This document shows, piece by piece, positions 12,908-60,191 of a DNA stretch of 64,000 nt; position 1 is the first letter of the stretch; each line of letters begins with the position of its first letter. The notes beneath the pieces were generated by a model. It did no database searches, was not told the origin of the DNA, and saw only the letters and a list, made by a program, of their open reading frames with translations. This DNA is from Podarcis pityusensis. Its lineage: Eukaryota. Both the position numbers and the translations under genes were made by a program. Location: NCBI GenBank assembly GCA_964106645.2, contig OZ067039.1; one strand, 5' to 3'.

Positions 12908-13266
12908 AAGGTAAAGGACCTCTGACAGTTAAGTCCAGTTGCAGAGGACTCTGGGGTTGCGACGCTCATCTCACTTTACAGGCCGAGGGAGTCGACGGTT
13001 GTCCGCAGTTTTTCTGGGTCATGTGGCCAGCATGACTAAGCTGCTTCTGGTGCTACGGAACACCAAAACCAGAGCAGCGCATGGAAACACCGTTTACTTT
13101 CCCGCTGGAGAAGTACCTGTTTGTCTACTTGCACTTTCTGGTGTGCTTTCGAACTGGTAGGTTGGCAGGAGCAACAGGAGCTCACCCCATTGCGGGGATT
13201 CGAACCTGCCGACCTTCTGATCGGCAAGCCAAAGAGGCTCAGTGGTTTAGACCACAGCGCCACCGT
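12908..13266 (-). mobile_element. Sauria SINE, copy 2, with 14-bp TSD
   Basis: Same body, with an (ACCTTT)-type tail on the minus strand. Direct repeat GTCAGATGGCTCTA at 12894-12907 and 13267-13280. Confidence 0.9.
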
Positions 13267-14815
13267 GTCAGATGGCTCTAGGGCCGTGCTTTCTCTTGAC
13301 AAACCACTGAGCTCCTACCAAGCATCCAAGCATTCTCAGCGTTAGGCTCCACACACTATTCCCAATCTTCCTCCTCCTTGGACCAACCTTGCCAAAAAGT
13401 CTCCATGAGGCTCATGATAATCAAGGCTTTTACCAGCCATGTCTCTAGTCCCAGGGAAAACACAGCAATGCCCTGTCATGAACCCAGAGCTCTTCATAGT
13501 TTGTTCACTGAGTATATATATCAGTGTCCCATTTCCCTGTTTACAGTATGAAAATCAGGCATCCTTGTAATGCTGCAAAGATGAATCTCGAATCAGGCCA
13601 CATGAACTTCAGAGAAGGTTCTGGGACATTTGCAAGATACTACTCTGATAATCAAATCTTACCCTTCTGATGTCTTTGGGGATTTGAAAACACAAATATG
13701 GACGTAACATTGGGAGAGTCTCAGGTGCAGGGAGAGTAAGAGCATTCCTTAGATACACCTGAAAACTTGAGCTTGTTTACACTAGTCTAAGTTTCCAGCA
13801 ACCTCCAGCTATGGTGGATAGATGCAAGGGAAGAGAAATTATAAATAGCTTAGCATGGAATTGTGTCTCCAGCTAGTGGCTGGTTGCAGTGAAGGTATGA
13901 AATACTGACCTGTGAAGATGGTTTCCCTCTTTTGGCGATTCTATTGGTCAATGTGCAACAAAGAAGGGGTGGCATTGATACAATAATGGTTAGAACTGAT
14001 GGGATAATTGGTACTCTTTGCAGTGTATATCTCATGCCTTTAAAAAGTTTGCAGTTCAGTCAAGCAGCAAAAACGATATCATACAGCTCCAGAGGTGATG
14101 GTGACACCAGGAAGAAGCAAACTAGTTAAGCCAACAAATGCTGAAGTTTATCTGGTGAATGAACCTGTTCACAGAATTCAAGGCCATTTTGGAAACAATG
14201 CATTGCTGAAAGCCACAGGGCTAATCCGGCTTTTTGTTCCCCCTTCCATAGCCAACCTCTGGTCCATGACCAAATCTTAGTTCCCTCTCATGGCAACTAA
14301 GCTTCTTTTCACAGCCTCTTATGAGGGATTCTGTCAAAGGCTTTTTTGAAAGTGCAAATAAAATGGTGCCCCATAATTCCCCTTTAGCCGCTGCTGCTTT
14401 GTGGACTCATTAATAATGTATGAGGCCAACTCCAGCTCCGTGTTTCCAAACACAAGCATCCTGCCCTGATTCACCTCCCCATCCCCCTAAAGCTAAGGGA
14501 ATTGTTTTCTTCAGCAGATGAGACTTTATGAATTGTTTGGCCTTATGCATGCATGAGGTAGCAATGAAGGGGACTTCAGCCGATACATGCCATAATCTTG
14601 TCTGTAGATTTGTTAAATATTTATTTTATTTAGTTCATTTGAATTTAGTTCAGCTATGTACCTGCAGCATGTGTTGCTGATAGAGACACATTCCAGAACT
14701 TCTACAAAGACAGCCAAGCACATCCTTAAATACACAATGAGTTAATCTGCCCTTGCTTATGAAGAATTAACCTTATTTGTCACTTAGCTGTTTTAACAAA
14801 TTAAAATATTACTGT

Positions 14816-15152
14816 GGGTAGTAGCCAATGAGAGTCCTACTCAGAGTAGAATCTTTGAAATTAATGGAAATGACTAATTTTAAACTATTGATTTCAGTGG
14901 GTCTTCTCTGAGTATACTGTACCTCGGGTTAAGAACTTAATTAGTTCCGGAGGTCCGTTCTTAACCTGAAACTGTTCTTAACCTGAGACACCACTTTAAA
15001 GGGGGCTCCCGCTGCCACCTGCTCCACCGGAGCACGATTTCTGTTCTCATCCTGAAGCAGAGTTCTTAACCCGAGGTACTATTTCTGGGTTAGCGGAGTC
15101 TGTAACCTGAAGCGTATGTAACCCAAGGTACCACTGTAGTTGGATACAACCC
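14816..15152. repeat. Palindromic hairpin repeat interrupted by MITE copy B
   Basis: Arms gggtagtagccaa...tactcagagtaga and tcttctctgagta...[MITE]...ttggatacaaccc are imperfect reverse complements. Confidence 0.6.
14917..15136. mobile_element. Tc1/mariner (Tigger-like) MITE, copy B, inverted relative to copy A
   Basis: Reverse complement of 8318-8532. The right end GGTACCACTG|TA is intact and the left TIR is damaged. Confidence 0.85.
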
Positions 15153-16179
15153 TGTGATTCTGCAGGGCACATTCTGGAATATACACATTTTTAGGGACAT
15201 GCACCAAACAGTTGCAGCCAGTTTTTAATACCTGCCTTGTATTAAATAGACACAATACAGTAATTTAAATTGTGTAAGTGATGGTTAGTTGTTAGTATAT
15301 TCTTCTCCCTGCACAGAGCAGCTGCATAACTATTCCCTCAGTAGCTGCCTAACTTCCTCACAAAGTCCTTTTTTGTTACAACTGGAGCCAGACCTCTTCT
15401 TAAACAGCTTTGCCAGCTTCTCTGGAATCACCCAGCACAGAAGGTATCGCTTTTGATTAGTTCTACAGATTGGCTAAGAGCCACACACCTCTGCTTTTCT
15501 TTTGAGGCCAGAGGCAGGGAGAATACGAGTTCCTTCTGTCAGGAACTTGAGAATGGAGCTAAACACACACACGCACGTATGTTTATGTTCACAAAGACCC
15601 ATTTGGAGGGGTGACTATTTGGAGTGAAGAAGCAACAGGTGGGAAAAAGTTAAGCATCTCCTCAAAAATCACCTTAGAAAAACTTATACACATGTAAGTA
15701 TAATATGTAGTTCTGTCCTCAGTCACACTCTTTGGCGATCCAAAGCAGACTCCCTTACCAGGGCCAGCCTGCATATCTGGAGGATTTGTGTCAAGTATGC
15801 TGTCAGTTTTCCCCTCTTGGTTTTTTATATACTTTGTACCTTATTTCCTCTGTCATTTGTAATGGGGTTCTTCTGGTCTGTCTTCTAAGCCCAGATAGTC
15901 TTCAACTTTTAAAATGAAAATTTCTGGTGCATTGACAGGACATAGGAATAGAGCTCCTGGCCTGGGGTAGAGATGAGTAGTTTTGGGGAGGTTTGGGTTG
16001 AAGGCCAGTAGTGTCTGGTGGGACCCTGCAGGTTTTCAGTGCATCCAGGGCATGGCTTAAAAAGGTGCTGTTTACTTAGATGAGGTAATAACTTAGGTAA
16101 TAACAATAATAGTTATTTCCCCCACACACACACATTTCTGGCTTTTCTCCTGCCACCTGAAGATACTTTATAGAGCAAT

Positions 16180-16290
16180 TTCCAGAGAAATAGCTATGTT
16201 AGTCTATTATAGAAGAAAGAACGGAAACTCTTGCACCACCTTAAAGTCCAACAAATTTATAATGACATAAGTTTGCATAGACTCAAGATG
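16180..16290. mobile_element. Degraded Penelope-like element fragment
   Basis: tagctatgttagtcta...tcttgcaccaccttaaagtccaacaaatttataatgacataag resembles the reptile Penelope terminal motif as I recall it. Confidence 0.4.
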
Positions 16291-18214
16291 CCTCTCTCAA
16301 AGGAGCCATTCAACTTGGCATCTCTGCTCTCTTTCCTCTCACTATGGGACGTATTTGCATGAATCCAGAGCGAGGAATTTTAAGTAGTGGCATCAGATTT
16401 TGGAACTTCTGACCAAAGGACATATCTGTAAGCACATATTTTGAATCTTTCTGCAGATTGGTGGAAAATATACTCTGTGGGAAGGATTTTTATCTCCTGT
16501 CTACTTTAGTGATAAGTTACTTTAATAATGACAACTTTTCTGATTGGTTTATTACAGCTGTTTTTTGTTGTCTGTTAGCTATCCTCCCTGTTTATCCCAT
16601 TGTGGTTTATTTCACTATATATAGCAGGTCTGAAGAGCCAAGTCTCTCTCTCCAGGCCTCTTTATCTGCCCTTCATGACTCACTCTGACCCAGGCCCCTC
16701 TCTTCACACACTTCCTTGGGTGCTTTTGCCTGGTTGACCTGCATTTGTGAACTGTGACAATGCCTTTTCCTTGCTTGGATGAAGGATGGAGGGTTTCTTT
16801 TGGCAGTGGCTGAATTTTACTGTAGGAACCCACATCCTCAATATATTCCAAAATAAATCTTATTGGAGATTCTGGTAATATACACGAATAAATCCTTCCA
16901 ATAAACAGATTGTTTTTGTTGTCCAAATCTGTTTTGTACAAAACAGGTCATAGTAACCATGTGCATGAAATCTCATAGTGATGAAACCTACAAAGTGCAC
17001 CTTTGAGACTCTGGAATTTTCCCCTGCAGTCCTACACTTCCTTCTTTGTCCTCTGATCTTTTTACTCTTGTAGTGTCTTTTCAGCTCCATCTCTTTATGT
17101 CACTGGCTGATCTGTTCTGATGCTACAGGATAGCTTTGTAGGCTAAAGAGTCATGGCCTGTTGGCAGCCACTACTTAGCTGCTCTGATGTCAGAGAGAGG
17201 CCTGGCATCTGCAGCCTAAGCAGCTGAGCTGTTTTGGGGATTAACAGGATTAGGGAATTTCCCTAATAAACTATTGTTAAATTAAATCACGTAATGATTG
17301 CCAGGAAACACTATGGGTTTCCAAGTAATCCTTGTTGCTGTAGATGAGTAAGCAGTTTCAAAAACCAAGCAAAAGACTGTTTCTGCTGATGTACATGATG
17401 ATGATAATACTAATAGCTGGTCTAGAATTTGTTTTAAAATCCTTTTATCCTTTGAGTTCCAACTTTCTGTAGTGGTGAGCAAGGAAGGCAACAACTTGAA
17501 GATGATGATAATGTATTCCCTTATCCGCAAAGAGGAAGGGGAAACAGAGGTCTGAGTAAGCAACAGTTCAAGCCCTTGTTATATTTAATGTGAATAGATC
17601 TCCTACAAGTACCGTATATATTCCCTGCCTGTGAAGTTCACAGTGGCAAGAAATGATTCCAGCCCTACTGCATGCCCTCCTCCCAGTGAAAATGCTAGGA
17701 TGGTGGACATGTGTTCTATATTAGAGCCTGTTGTGGTCCAAGTCCAGTTTTAAGGTAAAAAATTAGTAACCTTGAAGTTCCCCAGCCACATTTATGTCTC
17801 TGCATAGCCTACTGAGCAAGCACAAAGATCACATGGTCACGGTCTGTTTACATTAGAGTGGTTGTTTGTAAAATTGTATAGATAAATTAGCATACACCTT
17901 TCCCCCTGCAAATCTGTGCCCTTTCTGCCCTCTTTTTAGATAAAGCATTTCCTCTTTTTTGGCAACATGCAAGTGGCCACTCTAGTGGCATCACACCTGC
18001 ACAAGCAAAAGGGCATGTGGTCTAGTGTGTAATGTGTTGGACCTCTGGGTCTAAGGATTTGGTGGAACCTAGGCCTTGCAATGTCATTGACGCATCAGTG
18101 GCTTAGAAAAATTGTTACCATGAATAATGTATTTAATTCTTTATTATTCTTTACTATTATTTGTAAATTTATGCAATATCAAAGAAAACAGGAAAATTAT
18201 AATGACCTGTTGTA

Positions 18215-18294
18215 CAGGGTGAGTCCTTTAAAAGAGGCCCCGTGGATACAGAATACACATGTTCCACAGGGCCTCTTTTAAAAGACTCACCCTG
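18215..18294. mobile_element. 80-bp mariner-type mini-MITE (near-perfect hairpin)
   Basis: TA|CAGGGTGAGTCCTTTAAAAGAGGCCCCGTGGA ... TCCACAGGGCCTCTTTTAAAAGACTCACCCTG|TA; 32-bp arms with 2 mismatches. Confidence 0.8.
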
Positions 18295-19866
18295 TATGTA
18301 TATGCTAGATAAAAAAATCAAGTCACTTTGCATGTGAAGCTGCTCCCACTTCTCTTCTTTGCTGGGAGGGAGGCCAACTTTCTGGATTATTTATTTCAGG
18401 AAAGGGCCTTTTCAGATGGAATTAATTTGTTTATCCCCATACTGTGTTGATCAGTCTGCCCTTACACCCATCAGTTGGAACTCAGTGCAGTTATACTGTA
18501 ACAATTGTTGTTAATGATCAATCTGCTTGCATCTGAACTTTGGCTTTGGTTGAAAGAGAGCCTCCCCCCCAAGGCATGGCGGAATGTCAGCTGAAAGTGA
18601 AGGTGTGAGATCAGTGCCATATGCAGGTCAGGTGCCGCCTGGCTAATTCTTGGACACTGCAGATTTAAGATATAGGTACAGTATTACTCAAAGGTGCTTA
18701 TTTGTGAATATCTTGTGGGTTTTGTGCATGGACAGAGATACTACTTTCTTTTTTAATTTAAAAAAACCTATTAGTTTCAAAACAAATGTTTTGTAAATAC
18801 AGTAACAGAAAAACAAACAAGGCATGGGGCAATGACAGTTGTTGATAACATTGCTTTACTACTATATAAAGGATCAGTGTGATTTAGAGAGACCACTTTC
18901 CCCCTAAAGTATCTCAGACAGAATTAGATATAGAGAAGGAAAGTAATGACACAAAACATCAGAACAGAACCCATTATTCCCAAATCCCTGCCTAGTCTCC
19001 TGATCAGTAGGAAAGCTTACTGTTTGGTGTAGTCAAGTGGGAGTTCCTGTTACGTAGGTTAAAGATTGCTTGACTACAGGTGAATGCTTTGTGTTTTCGT
19101 CTCTGTTCACCAAAAGGTTTATTATTGACTGTTGCATTTCCAAGATTTCGGGCTCAAGCACTAGGCTATTGGGATGGAGGATGGCTATTAGTCCAGAACA
19201 GGCAAGGGTTGAGTTCCAGAGCAGGTTAGTTAGTATCAGAGAGGCTGAAGGCAAATGCTTAACCAAGGACAGGCAGAATTTCAGATCCCAGGCAGCAAGT
19301 TGCTCAGACTAAGGGCCAGCCTCTTGAGCTCAGGGATTTATGGGTTTTGTGGATCAGGACTAGCCCTTGGGACCAGTTAACAATGCTTAGACAGGCTAGT
19401 ACTGCAGCCTGGATGGCACCCTTGGATGCAGAACAAAAGAGTGAGAAGAGCACTAGAGCACAAATAATGGAAACCCCATCCTGCCTTCTTACCTGTATAC
19501 TCACTTGCTGTGAAACGAAATTCCCCTTTCACAGTTTATGAGCAAAATTGGCCAAGGGTGGCCTGTATTGGCTGGAACAAAACGTCTAATACGTTGCCTA
19601 AGACTGGGCAAAAACTTTTGCACTGCATGACTCGAATTGATAAATTCAGACTAGGCCTTTTCCTAAACTTTCCTAAACTTTTCAATCTAGTCATCAGGTG
19701 AGAACCATTCAGTGAGGAAAACTGTGGGGAAAGTGGACTCAAGATTGAAGTCTTGTATGTTAGTCATTGCCATTTGTTAACCTGTCCGGGGAGCGGGGGG
19801 GGGGGTATCATACAGTTTCCTTTCTACCTGCCAGGGATCTTTTTCAGTTCTTTTGGCACCTGAAAT

Positions 19867-20013
19867 CAGTGCTTTTTTCTGGGGAGTATGCAGGGGTATG
19901 CATACCCCTAAACATTTTGTGAATCTAAGTTTGGCCTCATTGAGGGTCAGTATTTCAATATGAGTAGAAAATGAGAGTACCCCCTAAACATTTTTTAAAG
20001 AAAAAAAGCACTG
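19867..20013. mobile_element. hAT-type MITE
   Basis: TIR CAGTGCTTTTTT / AAAAAAGCACTG, perfect 8-bp TSD CCTGAAAT (19859-19866, 20014-20021), internal repeat TACCCCTAAACATTTT twice. Confidence 0.85.
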
Positions 20014-20637
20014 CCTGAAATAATTAGTGCCCCATGACAGAGTGATGTGTACACAACAGTTCACACATGAGAATGTCAGACTCTTGAGAGTACAAATGGC
20101 TAACATTGAAGAGCTGGGCTCCTGGAGTTGCAATTCACAGCTTTGTAGAATCTCACTAAGTTCCAGAGCTTCTGTAATTAAGTACATATATATTTCCTGC
20201 TTGATGGGTTCTTGTTATGCGTTGTGGTTGCAGCTTCCAGATTACATTCAGACCTTTGCTAATTCTTTGGCACAATCAGTGTTAGGCTGATGTACTACAG
20301 GCCTCAGAAATGGATCCTATATTCCAATATGAATGCACCTAAACTCATTGGTTTTCAATGGGTTCAGCCACATCTAAATGCATAGGATTGAGCTGATGTA
20401 GTCTGATGAACCAAACTGTATTAAGGAATAGGATAGTTGCCAGGTGTGTAATTTATTGACATGGATTGCATGCAAGTATTTAATTGCATCTAAGAGCTAA
20501 ATGTGCTCCAGTGTTTGGGGAACCTGATGGTTAGTTCCAAATCATGCATGTTACTTATAGAGATGTATATGTTGCACCAGGAAACACAGGAGGAGCCATC
20601 TATTATAACTCTTTCCTGGTGTTTTTCCTCTCACCAG

Positions 20638-57193
<36,556 letters not shown>

Positions 57194-59725
57194 AACTTGA
57201 CAAGGGACTATGAAATGACAGTGCTATATTTCCCCCCTCCATTTTAATATTAAAATATCTATAAATATATATATAAATATATATACACACACACACACAA
57301 AACACGCCCTGCTCCCCCTCAAGACAATATTTATTTGTAGGTTGTACATAATATGTGGGTGATGCAGTCTCACCTCAGTGTGTGACAGCAAGGAGTTTGG
57401 AGGCGTCCCGCTAGCAGCTTGCTCTTCCTTTCCCCTTTTATCTGCGGTACTGTAAAATAGCTGACACTCTGGAGGATCTCAGTGGGACACGGCAGTCTTG
57501 TGTGGAATCTGTGGGTCCAGAATGTTGGAGCAGAAGCCTTCAAGACTGGATCATCATGGGCAAGTCTGGGAATGTTGTGCTACTGTCACTGAAAACATTT
57601 CTACCTGGTTAAAAAGGAGAGGAAAATGTCTGTTGTCAGACACTAAGCATACCTACCCTGAAGTGTATAAAAGCCTCTGCTGCACCTACAAAGACTTGAG
57701 CACTTTCTTCTCCTCTTGACATTTCTCTGCCTCAAAGCATATTCTGGCAGGACACTCTTGCGTGTAAAGTACAATGGAAGCTTCATGTCTTGAGGAGCCT
57801 GAATCATTTAAGGCAGGAGGGAGTGCTTCACCGAGGGATGTCCATGCATGGTTCCATGCAGTGCTCCTACTGCTTTCAGAAGCAAGTTAACCCCACCAAT
57901 AGGAACAATGTTATGATTTGATAATGATTCAGCTTGTGCTGTTTGGCTGATGATCTGCAAGAGATATTGTCTGTGAAAGTTGTGGTACAACCAAAAGAGC
58001 TGTTGGGAAGGTGGATATAGCTATTCTCATAGGCACCTAGCTTTTCTGAGCTAGTTTCCTTGATGGATGTGAAGGCCTCATCCAAGTGGGCTATGCCAGG
58101 GAGACGTAATGTATATATGAACCAAAGCTACTCTCCCATAGTGCATGTGTCAGAGACTTCCAAGGCCAAAGACAGCATGGGATTGGAGGTGGCAGAGAGG
58201 GTTAGGCATCAGCGGGATAGCCATCAGGACACCGGGCTTCTACTCAGCTGGCCAGTGCAGCAATCGGCATCCAACCTGGTTATTTATTATTATTTAAATA
58301 ATATTAATTTGCCCACTAGGAATTCAGTTCCTCAGTTTGATAACACCAGTCTACCCAGCTACACAATGTGGAAGTTGGAAAGTCTGGTCCTGAGTATTCC
58401 CATCAGGATTCCTGTGGAATTGCCATCAGTCCACATGAGCAACTTCGATGCGCTGCAGGTTGGGTGGAGCATCCTTTGCAAAAAGAGAGAAACGTCAAAC
58501 TAAGAGTGATCTTTCTGCTTAATTTCAAGATGGATTCCACATATCATGGGCTAAGTAAGGACTAGTAAACATTCAGTGCATGCAGTATCCCCCATGACAG
58601 AGATCATCACCTACCTACCTCCCACCATTTTGTTCTGAGATAAACAATGGTGAGCATAGAACAGCAGTAGTAACAACACTGCTCAAAAATGAAGTCAAGA
58701 AGGCAATTGTATTACTAAGATGGGCTTCAGGATTTATGGGTGTAATTGGGAATATGACCAGTAATTGTTCTAGGAATTAATCCCATGTAAAAAATAAATA
58801 AATACAGAGGGAGAGGTTGAGTCTTCCATCAGGGCAAGATTTTCTGCGTGTGAAATGAAGCATTCTCTCCCTCTCGCTCCCCCTCCCCTAAATCTGTTCT
58901 AGGAACTCCCCCAGCCCTCTGGAACAGATTTGAGGAAGGCATGGGGCAGACACAGGGGAAGGAGAAGAGGGAAAGTCCTGTTGCATACACAGAAATCCTT
59001 GTGGGGATAGGATATGGTAGTTGAATACCAACCAGAGCCAGGGGACAATGAGAGAACTGAGAACCACAGGAGAAAAAATTGAATCCACAGGAGGGGTGCG
59101 GGCAGGGCAGAGTTCTGTGCATAGATATTATAATTTGGGCACCTTGGGAATTGATTAATATGATCTGGCATACAGAGAGGATGATTATGATAAAACATAT
59201 AATCGGGTCTTAACCTGAGCCAGACTTGGTCAACCCATGAACCTATTTTGAAAGCCAGTAATATGAAAGGGTAGAACAGAGTAACTCTGAGCATGGGCAG
59301 AATGCATGTTCCTAACCACTGAGTATCTATGCCAAGAATTGGAGAGGGCTCCTGGGTCAAAGGGTGACTGAGAAAGGCTTGAGCCCACCTCTGCTTGTCT
59401 GGTAATAACAAAATCTATTGAATGACCTTTTTCTGCCTCCCCCTTCATTTTTTTTAAAGACATTGGCATTTCCTAAATGTGTGACTGTGCCTTCCACCTT
59501 AGGTTTTACTGTTGCAGAGGGTTTAGTTCTCTTGTTTCTTGGGTGCCTCTTTCAGACTGGTGTGGTTATGGCTTTTAGGTTCAATGCCTCCAAAGAATTG
59601 GAATAAAATTCTGAGTTTGGCTTAATCCACATCACTAATGCCTGTGGAATTATACCGATTTATATCTGCTAGATATCAGCACTTGGATCTCCCATTGTAG
59701 TGAGGGATTGCAGTCATGGAGGGTA

Positions 59726-59771
59726 GCAAAGAACATGCCCAAGACATATTGGCAAAGAACATGCCCAAGAC
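59726..59771. repeat. Short tandem duplication (period 26) of GCAAAGAACATGCCCAAGAC in the 3' UTR
   Basis: Exact 20-mer at 59726-59745 and 59752-59771. Confidence 0.9.
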
Positions 59772-60185
59772 TGTTGCGTCACTCTACATGTGTAGCCTAG
59801 GTGTGCTAGGATGGAAAGTAGGTTATTTCTTGGACTTCTCCCTTCTGTCTGCAGAGTAGAGGACAGTCTCAATGGAGTAGACCAGAAGCCTGCACTGTGT
59901 TTCCTTTGGTCTCTGGTGCTGTACCTCCTGCTGTTAACAAAGAGAGCTCACCATTCACCTGAGCCTAAGCCCACTTCATTTGTACACACAAAATCCTTGC
60001 AGGCACACCCCCTTTCCCTTGCAATCTGAGTGATGCGCGTGTACTTTCTCTTGTAAATAGTTGTAAATCAAAAATGTAACAAAAACTGGGGATCTGGAGA
60101 TTTTGATTAGTAGCTCCTTGTGATGAATTCAAGCACAGAGCCATTTCGCACCTGTAATGTGAAATTCCTGTGGATAGAACAAGCT

Positions 60186-60191
60186 AATAAA
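60186..60191 (+). terminator. Candidate polyadenylation signal AATAAA
   Basis: gctAATAAAcactggctttgtttttg, with TGTA motifs at 60040, 60052, 60062, 60075 and 60153. Confidence 0.65.

Noticed and set aside
58899-59411. 170-aa minus-strand ORF in the 3' UTR
   Set aside because: Non-ATG start, no recognisable homology and no splice context
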